A DNA stretch of 64,000 nucleotides, from NCBI GenBank assembly GCA_018432935.1, contig JAHDSF010000047.1, forward strand, positions 4,463 through 68,462, read 5' to 3'. Position 1 is the stretch's first letter. Every line of letters starts with the position of its first letter. Origin of the DNA: Rhodospirillales bacterium (GTDB taxonomy: Bacteria; Pseudomonadota; Alphaproteobacteria; Rhodospirillales; Shumkoniaceae). A model generated the notes under the pieces. It made no database searches and was not told the origin of the DNA. It saw only the letters and a list, made by a program, of their open reading frames with translations. This document shows positions 43,687-51,057 of the stretch, piece by piece. Both the position numbers and the translations under genes were made by a program.

Positions 43687-44411
43687 AGGGCATGGTGATC
43701 CTGGTGACGGGCGGCGCGGGCGGGGTCGGGAGCGGCATCTGCTCGGTCGTTGCGGCCGCCGGCGCCCACGTGGTCCTGACCGGCAGCCGCGACGAGGCGG
43801 AACTGCGCGAGGTTGCCGACAGCCTGCCCGGGCAGGGGCACATGGCCGCCCGGGTGCCGATGGACGACACGCCGGCGATCGAGCGGCTTGCCCGCACCGT
43901 CGCCGGCCGCTATGGCCGGCTTGACGTCCTGGTCAACAACGCGGCCACCACCCGGCTGGTTCCGATCGAGGAACTCGCAGAACTCGACGACGCCCTGATC
44001 GACGAGATCTTCCGCATCAACTGGCGGGGCGCCTTCGCCTGCGTGCGGGCGTTTCGCGACCTGCTGGCGGCGAGCGGCCGGGGCCTGGTGATCAACATCT
44101 CGTCCAACGCGGCGCTCACCGGGGTCGGCAGCAACATCGCCTACTGCGCATCCAAGGCGGCGATCGATTCGATGACCCGGTCGCTGGCCCGCGCCCTCGC
44201 ACCGAAGGTCCGCGTGCTGTCCCTCGCACCCGGCTTCGTCGACACCGGGTTCGTCACCGACGACCCCGCCTGGCGGGCCCGCGCATCCAGGCAATCGCTG
44301 TTCCAGGTCCCGATCGACCCGACCGAGGTCGGCCAGGCGGTTCTGGCGCTCGCGACTTCGTTCCCGAAGACCACCGGCGTGATCATCCCGGTCGACGGCG
44401 GCCGCCTGTAG
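43683..44411 (+). CDS. SDR family oxidoreductase
   Basis: 242-aa ORF with VTGGAGGVG, NNAA and YCASKAA (YxxxK). The start overlaps the LacI stop (ATGA). Confidence 0.9.
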   Translation: MKGMVILVTGGAGGVGSGICSVVAAAGAHVVLTGSRDEAELREVADSLPGQGHMAARVPMDDTPAIERLARTVAGRYGRLDVLVNNAATTRLVPIEELAELDDALIDEIFRINWRGAFACVRAFRDLLAASGRGLVINISSNAALTGVGSNIAYCASKAAIDSMTRSLARALAPKVRVLSLAPGFVDTGFVTDDPAWRARASRQSLFQVPIDPTEVGQAVLALATSFPKTTGVIIPVDGGRL

Positions 44412-44533
44412 CAGGCCTCGCTCCGGATCCCTTCGGTCGGCGGCGGCTTCCCGCCCGCGGCGCTGCATGGCATGATGCAGACTTGGCTCTGATCCGGACG
44501 TCCGGCCGCCGGAGGTGGATAACGGTTGTTGTC

Positions 44534-45421
44534 ATGACAGGCGCCTTCGAGTCCCTCGCCCGCGGGGAGGCATCCGGTGACGACTGGCTGGACGGTTTCG
44601 CCGACCTGCAGGCCCTGCGCAGCGATCTGCGGCGCCAGCGAGCGAACGGCGAGCTCGATCTTGCCCGCATGCGCGAAATGGAGACCTTGCGCCGCTGGAG
44701 CGACGCTCTGGCTGGGCTCGAGAAGGAGGCGCTGGAGCGCTTCGTCGAGGAGACCTTCGTCGGCCTCGGGCTGATGACCGCGGAAGACGCCGAAGCGCTG
44801 CTGATCGGACTGCGGCTCTTCCGCCGCCGCGAATGGCACGCCCTGCCGGCCCACGTCCGCGCCCAGCTCGCCCGCCACGAGGCCCTGACCGACGGCATCG
44901 TCGAGGCGTTCCGCGCCCGCCTCGACAGGATCCGCGCCATCACCGCCCGGCGCGACGGCCGCGATCTCGCCGCCGAGCTGGGTGAGACGCGTTCGGACCG
45001 CACCCAGCTGATCGAGATCCGGGGCGCCCTCGAGTTCATGGACGAGGTGGCTGCCAACGATCCGCTGTTGCGCCTCCGACTGCGGGAAGTTCTGGCTGCC
45101 CTACCCGACGGACTGCGCGGATTGGACCGGGCGATCGACGAGCAGGCGATCCCGGTGGGCCGCATCGCCACCCTGATCTGCCGCGCCGTCCGCGGCATCC
45201 TCGACACCGTGATCAAGCTTGAGACGAGCAACCTCAAGGCCCGCCAGCCGCGGCTGTTCGAGGCGCGGCGCGAGCGGGCGATGCGGGCGCTGGCGGGCCA
45301 CCTGCGGCGAGCCCGCGAGCTCGGCTGCGCTGCCGCGGTCCGGGGCGAGATCGTCCGCCGCCTGATGCCCCATCCGGGCATCTTCGAAGCCTACTTCCGC
45401 ATTCCCCACCCCTTGCGGTGA
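44534..45421 (+). CDS. Hypothetical protein (295 aa, helical, Arg/Glu/Leu-rich)
   Basis: ORF 44483..45421. Start taken at MTGAFESLARG. The frame has high GC3 and a protein-like composition. The longer antisense ORF 44383..45381 is Arg/Ser junk. No family recognised. Confidence 0.6.
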   Translation: MTGAFESLARGEASGDDWLDGFADLQALRSDLRRQRANGELDLARMREMETLRRWSDALAGLEKEALERFVEETFVGLGLMTAEDAEALLIGLRLFRRREWHALPAHVRAQLARHEALTDGIVEAFRARLDRIRAITARRDGRDLAAELGETRSDRTQLIEIRGALEFMDEVAANDPLLRLRLREVLAALPDGLRGLDRAIDEQAIPVGRIATLICRAVRGILDTVIKLETSNLKARQPRLFEARRERAMRALAGHLRRARELGCAAAVRGEIVRRLMPHPGIFEAYFRIPHPLR

Positions 45422-45578
45422 GGGCGCTGCCCCACATGCTCGTTCCGTTATCGCAATGGATTGATCGCGCGTCCAATCAGCGACCGACCATGGTTCGGGC
45501 CCCATTGGTTAACGAGAGGTTGCTTGCGCGCAACGGAGATCGTCCGTATAACCGACCTGAGAGCACGAGGAGAAATGG

Positions 45579-45761
45579 ATGAAAGAGAGCGCAACACGCC
45601 AGGGGGCGGCCGCGCGGCACCACGGCAGGGATCGTGTCGATCCCCGGGACGATTTCTGGGCCGGAATCATTCGCCACCGCGACCGGCTGCGAACCTTCAC
45701 CCGCCCCGTCAAGGCGGCCGCCGCCAAGGGGCCCGAAAAGCAACGCCGAATGACCGCCTGA
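45579..45761 (+). CDS. Hypothetical small basic protein (60 aa)
   Basis: GAGGAGAA lies about 5 nt upstream of the ATG, and the frame has high GC3. Its stop codon sits in the stem of a clear intrinsic terminator. Confidence 0.4.
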   Translation: MKESATRQGAAARHHGRDRVDPRDDFWAGIIRHRDRLRTFTRPVKAAAAKGPEKQRRMTA

Positions 45762-45775
45762 CAGGCGGTTTTTTG
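45753..45775 (+). terminator. Rho-independent terminator
   Basis: ACCGCC-tgaca-GGCGGT followed by TTTTTTG. Confidence 0.7.
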
Positions 45776-45794
45776 TTGCCTGCCACAAGGCTTC

Positions 45795-46373
45795 TCAGAA
45801 GGGATCGAGTTCGGAATCCCAGTACAGGAAGTCGCGCCAGCTTTCGTGCAGATAGTTGGGCGGAAAGGCGCGCCCGTTCTGCTGCAGTTGATGGTTGCTG
45901 GGCTCGGCCGGGCGGCGGATCGGGAACATCCTGATTTCGTGCGGCAGGCGGTGCCCCTTGCGCAGGTTGCACGGCTCGCAGGCGGTGACGACGTTGCCCC
46001 ACTCGGTCCGGCCGCCGCGCGAGCGGGGCACCACGTGGTCGAAGGTCAGCCGCTCGGTCGGCATGTGGCTGCCGCAGTACTGGCAGGCGAAGCGGTCACG
46101 CAGGAAGACGTTGAATCGAGTGAACGCCGGCCGCCGTGACATCGGCACGTAATCCTTGAGCGAAATCACGCTGGGAAGCCGGATGCGGACGGTGGGGGAG
46201 GACACGGCGCGATCGTATTCCGAGATCACGTTGACGCGGCCCATGAAGACCGCCTTTATGGCCTCTTGCCAGGGCCATAGCGACAACGGGAAGTAGCTCA
46301 ACGGCCGGAAGTCCGCGTTGAGAACCAGGGCCGGGAAGCTGTTCAATGCAACCACCACGGGCGTCCTCACCAT
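45795..46373 (-). CDS. HNH endonuclease
   Basis: Uses an internal ATG of ORF 45795..46958 (MVRTPVVVALNS...). HNH core CQYCG...LTFDHVVPRSRGGRTEWGNVVTACEPCNLRKG. Confidence 0.85.
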   Translation of the reverse strand: MVRTPVVVALNSFPALVLNADFRPLSYFPLSLWPWQEAIKAVFMGRVNVISEYDRAVSSPTVRIRLPSVISLKDYVPMSRRPAFTRFNVFLRDRFACQYCGSHMPTERLTFDHVVPRSRGGRTEWGNVVTACEPCNLRKGHRLPHEIRMFPIRRPAEPSNHQLQQNGRAFPPNYLHESWRDFLYWDSELDPF

Positions 46374-46465
46374 CACGCGGCGCCAGCATACTACATGTGG
46401 GGGCGAATGCCAAACGCGCCCAGATGAACTTTCCTTGAACGACCCCAAGCTGTTGCGCCTCGGTA

Positions 46466-47095
46466 TCAGAGGTTGGGCCGCATATGGGCTATGCCCTGGA
46501 CAAGGAACATCAGGGCGAGCACCCACAAGGCGGCGCCGAGGGCCTTCATGACCACCCCGTAGACCCGGCCCCCGAGCAGCTTCCGGAAGCGGGCGGCGGC
46601 GATCGCCACCGTCACCTTCGAACCGACCAGGCAGAAATAGAAGCCGGCCAGGAACATGCCCGGGGCAAGCAGTCCGCCAGTTGCCGCCTGGATCAGCAGC
46701 GGTGCGCCCACCGTCATCCAGAACAGGTAGGGATGCGGGCTCAAGACGTTGACCAGGATGCCCCGCCACCACGTTGCCGGAGCATCGCCCGGATCGACGT
46801 CGAGGGACGCCGTGCGAACGGTTTCCCAGCCGAGGTGCACCAGGAACGCCGCCCCGGCCAGGCTGATGACACCCAGCACGACCTCGAATGCCGCCAGCGT
46901 CTCCAGCATGAAGACGGCGCCGACGACGATCGGGAGGTCGGTGGCAAGGGGCGAGCACGCAGCCCGGATTCCCGCCGCCGCCGAGCGCGACAGGCTTTCG
47001 CGCAGCAGGAACGCCATCAGCGGTCCCGGCGACAGGCCGGCGCTGAGGCCCAGCACGATGCCGGACGCCAGGTACTGAAGCGCACCCTCCGTCAT
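46466..47095 (-). CDS. LysE family translocator
   Basis: Uses an internal ATG of ORF 46466..47377 (MTEGALQYLASGIVLGLSAGLSPGPL...). Six TM helices with a LysE/RhtB-type N-terminal motif. Confidence 0.85.
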   Translation of the reverse strand: MTEGALQYLASGIVLGLSAGLSPGPLMAFLLRESLSRSAAAGIRAACSPLATDLPIVVGAVFMLETLAAFEVVLGVISLAGAAFLVHLGWETVRTASLDVDPGDAPATWWRGILVNVLSPHPYLFWMTVGAPLLIQAATGGLLAPGMFLAGFYFCLVGSKVTVAIAAARFRKLLGGRVYGVVMKALGAALWVLALMFLVQGIAHMRPNL

Positions 47096-47150
47096 GTCAG
47101 CCTCCCCCCGGGGCTCATGCGCGACCCAGGCGGTTGTATCCTTTCGTCGC

Positions 47151-47194
47151 GCGGCAATGCCAGGACAAACCCCACCCGCTTCGCGCCCGGGCCC
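47151..47194 (+). repeat. Direct repeat copy A: degenerate duplicate of the gluQ 5' end
   Basis: GCGGCAATGCCAGGACAAACCCCACCCGCTTCGCGCCCGGGCCC aligns at about 39/45 positions with 48150-48193, which contains the gluQ start codon. Confidence 0.75.
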
Positions 47195-47342
47195 TGTCGC
47201 CCCCGATCCCGGCGCAGACTGCAACCGGTGATTTGCAGCGCTGTTGCCCCTGCAAGCGAATGCACTATGATGGAAGGCGTCGTGTCGAGGCATGACGCCG
47301 CACAACCGCACCAAAGAACGTGGTGCCGATGAGGAGCGCACG

Positions 47343-48026
47343 ATGCAAGTCAACACCCAGGAGGCGAGAATCGCCAACGGAATGGCGGCTGCTGGACCGA
47401 AGGCCGGTCAGGCCAGCTACCGCTCGCTCGCCGAGATGCAGAGTTCCCTGATTTCCCAGGGACGCCAGTTCACCAAGGAATACACGGCCAAGTTCGCCGG
47501 GACCGGCAGGATCTCGGTCGACGAGGTGAAGGCGCAATTGCAGCAGGAGTTCCCCCGCTACGCGTTCACCACCTCCAACCCGCGGGACGTGGTGCAAGGG
47601 CAGAACCTGCTTCATATCGACCAGAACAATCTCCAGAAGATGGCCGATGACCCGTCCTACCGGGCCAGGGTGATGGGTCTGATCAAGCGCGAAGCGTCAA
47701 GCCTGGACGGTGCGAACGTGCAGTTTCAGGGGAAGACCGTGCAGCTGCAGCTGACCGGAACGGTCGTCTCGATCAGCGACGACAACCCGGTCGTGGATGG
47801 CATACCCTATGCCGGTTCGGCAACCAGCGCGAGCACCAGCACGAGCACCAGCACCGGTTCGTCAGCCAGGACCAGCAGCGGCAACACGAGCCGGCCGACC
47901 CTGCGGGAGTTGCTGGAGGAGATCGCGGAAAAACGGGCGGAAGAGAGGCGCGAACAGGAGCGCCGGGAACAAGCGACAGAACAGAAGCAGGCAGCCGCTT
48001 CCGATCGCGTGGACGTGCTGGCCTGA
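47343..48026 (+). CDS. Hypothetical protein (227 aa; Ser/Thr run and charged C-terminus)
   Basis: ORF 47292..48026. Start taken at MQVNTQEARI, preceded by GAGGAG. It contains SATSASTSTSTSTGSS and an EERREQERREQ tail. It is visibly less GC-rich than its neighbours. No family recognised. Confidence 0.6.
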   Translation: MQVNTQEARIANGMAAAGPKAGQASYRSLAEMQSSLISQGRQFTKEYTAKFAGTGRISVDEVKAQLQQEFPRYAFTTSNPRDVVQGQNLLHIDQNNLQKMADDPSYRARVMGLIKREASSLDGANVQFQGKTVQLQLTGTVVSISDDNPVVDGIPYAGSATSASTSTSTSTGSSARTSSGNTSRPTLRELLEEIAEKRAEERREQERREQATEQKQAAASDRVDVLA

Positions 48027-48035
48027 GCGCCGCAC

Positions 48036-48070
48036 CGCCGCCGGGGAGGAGTCTTCGCCTCCCGGCGGCG
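48036..48070 (+). other. GC-rich hairpin directly after the orphan gene
   Basis: CGCCGCCGGGGAGG-agtcttcg-CCTCCCGGCGGCG (13-bp stem with a one-base bulge), with no U-tract. Confidence 0.5.
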
Positions 48071-48149
48071 CGTCCCCGCCAAGTCCAAGCTTCCGGGCGT
48101 CCCCGCCACGCGGCGACCGGTGACGAATCCGGTCCGATCCTCTAGTGTT

Positions 48150-48193
48150 GCCGCAATGCCAGGACAAACCGTCACCCGCTTCGCTCCCAGCCC
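48150..48193 (+). repeat. Direct repeat copy B (authentic gluQ start region)
   Basis: GCCGCAATGCCAGGACAAACCGTCACCCGCTTCGCTCCCAGCCC, lying 999 bp downstream of copy A. Confidence 0.75.
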
Positions 48194-48998
48194 GACCGGG
48201 CATCTGCATCTCGGCCACGCCTATTCGGCCCTGTTCGCCGACGCCTGCGCGCTTAAGGACGGCGGGCGGTTCCTGCTGCGCATCGAGGACATCGACCGCA
48301 CCCGCTGCCGCCCCGAGTTCGTCGACGCCATCCTCGAGGACCTCACCTGGCTGGGCCTGCGCTGGGAGGAGCCGGTGCGCCGCCAGTCGGAACATTTCGC
48401 CGACTACCGGGCCGCCCTCGACCGGCTCGAGCGGCAGGAGTTGCTCTATCCCTGCTTCTGCACCCGCGCCGACATCCAGCGCGAGATCGCGGCCGCCGGC
48501 GGCGCCCCGCACGGCCCGGAGGGCGTGCTCTACCCCGGCACCTGCCGCGGCCTCGACGCCGCCGAGCGGGCCCGCCGCATCGCCGCCGGCGCACCGTACG
48601 CGCTGCGGCTCGACGTCGCCAGGGCAGCCGCTCGCACCGGACGGCTCAGCTGGCGCGATCTCGACCGCGGCACGATCGAAGCGGCGCCCCGGGCGTTCGG
48701 CGACGTCGTGCTGGCGCGCAAGGACGTCCCCGCCAGCTACCATCTTGCGGTTACCCTCGACGACCACCTGCAGGGAGTCTCCCTCATCACCCGCGGCGAG
48801 GACCTGTTCGCCGCCACCGATGTCCAGCGCCTGCTGCAGGCGCTTCTCGGCCTCGCAACGCCGCTCTACCGCCACCACCGGCTGCTGACGGACGAATCGG
48901 GGCGCCGCTTCGCCAAGCGCGACCGGTCGCTGACCCTGCGCTCGCTGCGCGAGGCGGGGAGGACACCGGACGAGGTGCGGCGGATGGCAGGGTTTTAG
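48156..48998 (+). CDS. gluQ: tRNA glutamyl-Q(34) synthetase (GluQRS)
   Basis: ORF 48120..48998. Start taken at MPGQTVTRFAPSPTGHLHLGH (class I HIGH motif). It is a truncated GluRS catalytic domain of about 280 aa with the Zn-type CFC...YPGTC. Confidence 0.85.
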   Translation: MPGQTVTRFAPSPTGHLHLGHAYSALFADACALKDGGRFLLRIEDIDRTRCRPEFVDAILEDLTWLGLRWEEPVRRQSEHFADYRAALDRLERQELLYPCFCTRADIQREIAAAGGAPHGPEGVLYPGTCRGLDAAERARRIAAGAPYALRLDVARAAARTGRLSWRDLDRGTIEAAPRAFGDVVLARKDVPASYHLAVTLDDHLQGVSLITRGEDLFAATDVQRLLQALLGLATPLYRHHRLLTDESGRRFAKRDRSLTLRSLREAGRTPDEVRRMAGF

Positions 48999-49011
48999 GA
49001 AGAGAGCGAAG

Positions 49012-49064
49012 AAAAAAGGGGTCGGAGTCATTTTTCGAAGAAAAATGACTCCGACCCCTTTTTT
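49012..49064. terminator. Bidirectional intrinsic terminator (25-bp perfect hairpin) between convergent gluQ and gatB
   Basis: AAAAAAGGGGTCGGAGTCATTTTTC-gaa-GAAAAATGACTCCGACCCCTTTTTT. A/T tracts on both sides give U-tracts on either strand. Confidence 0.8.
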
Positions 49065-49083
49065 CCGACCACCTTTTCTTCCT

Positions 49084-50541
49084 TCACCCCTTCAGCTTCG
49101 TCACCAGCAGCTCGTTGACCACTGCCGGGTTGGCCTTTCCTTGCGTGGCGCGCATGATCTGGCCGACGAACCAGCCCTTGACCTTCTCGTTGCCGGCGCG
49201 GAACTGCTCCACCTGCTTGGCGTTGCCGGCGATGAGGTCGTCGATGATCTTCTCGATGGCGCCGGTATCGCTGACCTGGCGCATCCCCTTCTCCTCGACG
49301 ATCGCGGCCGGGTCCTTGCCGGTGTCGACCATCAGGAAGAACACGTCCTTGGCCAGCCGGTTCGAGATCGTTCCGTCCGCGATCAGATCCAGGAGCCGAC
49401 CCAGGTTCTCGGCCGAGACGGGGCTCTGGTCGATCTCCAGTCCCTTGTCGTTGAGGACGGCGTAAAGAGTGGTGGTGATCCAGCTGGCGGCCTGCTTGGG
49501 ATCGCGGCCCCGCGCCACGGTCTCGAAGTACTCCGACGCCCGCTTCGAGGCGACCAGAACGCCGGCGTCGTAGGGCGTGAGGCCGAACTCGGCAATGAAG
49601 CGCTCCTTCTTCTCGTCCGGCAGCTCGGGCAGCCCGCAGCGGATCTTCTCGACGTACTCCTGCGTCAGTTCGACCGGCAAGAGGTCGGGGTCGGGGAAGT
49701 AGCGGTAGTCGTGGGCGAATTCCTTGCGCCGCATCGGCCGCGTCTCGCCGCGCGCGGAATCGAACAGGCGCGTCTCCTGCACCACCGTGCCGCCGCTCTC
49801 GTAGAGGTCGACCTGGCGGTTGGCCTCGACCTCGATCGCCTGCATGACGAAGCGCACCGAGTTCAGGTTCTTGAGCTCGGCACGGGTGCGGTATCCCTGC
49901 TCGCCCACCTTGCGCACCGACACGTTGACGTCGGCGCGCATCGAGCCCTCCTCCATGTTGCCGTCGCAGGTGCCGAGATAGCGGAAGATCGAGCGCAGCT
50001 TGCGCAGGTAGAGGCCGGCCTCCTCGGGGCTGCGGATGTCGGGCTTGCCGACGATCTCCATCAGGCACACGCCGGAGCGGTTGAGATCGATGAACGAACG
50101 CCGCGGATCCTGGTCGTGCATCGACTTGCCGGCGTCCTGCTCCATGTGCAGGCGCTCGATGCCGATGTCCTTCGAGGTGCCGTCGGGAAGGTCGATGGTG
50201 ACCGCTCCCTCGCCGACGATCGGGTGGTAGAGCTGCGAGATCTGATAGCCCTGGGGCAGGTCGGCGTAGAAGTAGTTCTTGCGGTCGAACACCGAAAACA
50301 GGTTGATCTTCGCCTTCAGCCCCAGCCCGGTGCGCACCGCCTGCTCGATGCAATAGGCGTTGATCACCGGCAGCATGCCCGGCATCGCCGCGTCGACCAG
50401 CGAAACCTGGGTGTTCGGCTCGGCCCCGAAGGCGGTCGAGGAACCGGAGAACAGTTTCGCCTGCGAGACGACCTGGGCATGGACCTCGAGGCCGCACACC
50501 ACTTCCCACTTCCCCGTCTCGCCTTCGATCACATAGGCCAT
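49084..50541 (-). CDS. gatB: Asp-tRNA(Asn)/Glu-tRNA(Gln) amidotransferase subunit B
   Basis: Uses an internal ATG of ORF 49084..50664 ([23 protein letters not shown]...). Full-length GatB blocks are present, including [11 protein letters not shown] and [10 protein letters not shown]. Confidence 0.95.
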   Translation of the reverse strand: MAYVIEGETGKWEVVCGLEVHAQVVSQAKLFSGSSTAFGAEPNTQVSLVDAAMPGMLPVINAYCIEQAVRTGLGLKAKINLFSVFDRKNYFYADLPQGYQISQLYHPIVGEGAVTIDLPDGTSKDIGIERLHMEQDAGKSMHDQDPRRSFIDLNRSGVCLMEIVGKPDIRSPEEAGLYLRKLRSIFRYLGTCDGNMEEGSMRADVNVSVRKVGEQGYRTRAELKNLNSVRFVMQAIEVEANRQVDLYESGGTVVQETRLFDSARGETRPMRRKEFAHDYRYFPDPDLLPVELTQEYVEKIRCGLPELPDEKKERFIAEFGLTPYDAGVLVASKRASEYFETVARGRDPKQAASWITTTLYAVLNDKGLEIDQSPVSAENLGRLLDLIADGTISNRLAKDVFFLMVDTGKDPAAIVEEKGMRQVSDTGAIEKIIDDLIAGNAKQVEQFRAGNEKVKGWFVGQIMRATQGKANPAVVNELLVTKLKG

Positions 50542-50587
50542 CAAAGCACTCCCCGATCGATCGTTCTGAACTACCGTGGCCCGCCCC

Positions 50588-50655
50588 ATCCTTCGACAGG
50601 CCCAGGATGAGGCTACTGTTTCGGTCTCGTCCTCATCCTGAGCTTGTCGAAGGAT
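50588..50655. repeat. Palindromic repeat element, copy 1 (25-bp arms, 2 mismatches)
   Basis: ATCCTTCGACAGGCCCAGGATGAGG-18 nt-CCTCATCCTGAGCTTGTCGAAGGAT. It contains the stop codon and last codons of the GIY-YIG gene. Confidence 0.8.
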
Positions 50656-50953
50656 GAGGGCCACGCCCGCGGTTCTTGGCGAGCGCAGGCAGACTCGCGA
50701 AATCGCCTCTGACCAACGCTTCCTTCTTGTCCCGACGCCATCCCTTCAGCCGCCGTTCCATCGCGATCGCGTCGGTGATGTTCGCGAAATGCTGCGACCA
50801 CACCAGGACCACCGGCCGGCGCGCCCTCGTGTAACCGCCGAACGCACCTGCATTGTGCTCGGCCACGCGTCGCTCGAGCGTGGCTCGGGTCGTGCCGACG
50901 TAGTAGTGCCCGTCGGCGCATCTGAGCATGTACAGGTAGGCACCGTCGAACAT
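50633..50953 (-). CDS. GIY-YIG nuclease family protein
   Basis: ORF 50633..51022. Start taken at [22 protein letters not shown] (GIY-YIG beta-hairpin), followed by RVAEHN and [12 protein letters not shown]. It lies between gatA and gatB on the same strand. Confidence 0.8.
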   Translation of the reverse strand: MFDGAYLYMLRCADGHYYVGTTRATLERRVAEHNAGAFGGYTRARRPVVLVWSQHFANITDAIAMERRLKGWRRDKKEALVRGDFASLPALAKNRGRGPHPSTSSG

Positions 50954-50974
50954 CGTCCGTCCCGTGTCCGCCCC

Positions 50975-51041
50975 ATCCTTCGACAGGCTCAGGATGAGGC
51001 TACTTCTTTGCCCGGTCCTCATCCTGAGCCTGTCGAAGGAT
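50975..51041. repeat. Palindromic repeat element, copy 2 (perfect 25-bp arms)
   Basis: ATCCTTCGACAGGCTCAGGATGAGG-17 nt-CCTCATCCTGAGCCTGTCGAAGGAT. It is in the same orientation as copy 1. Confidence 0.8.
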
Positions 51042-51057
51042 GAGGTTCGTTGCTGCC

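Noticed and set aside
45461-45578. Possible riboswitch or ncRNA upstream of the 60-codon ORF (local stems GGTTA...TAACC and GTTGC-ttgcgc-GCAAC)
   Set aside because: I could not match it to any riboswitch consensus I know (SAM-II, fluoride, ZTP, glycine). The stems are short, and an ordinary 5' UTR is the simpler reading. It would need an Rfam scan.
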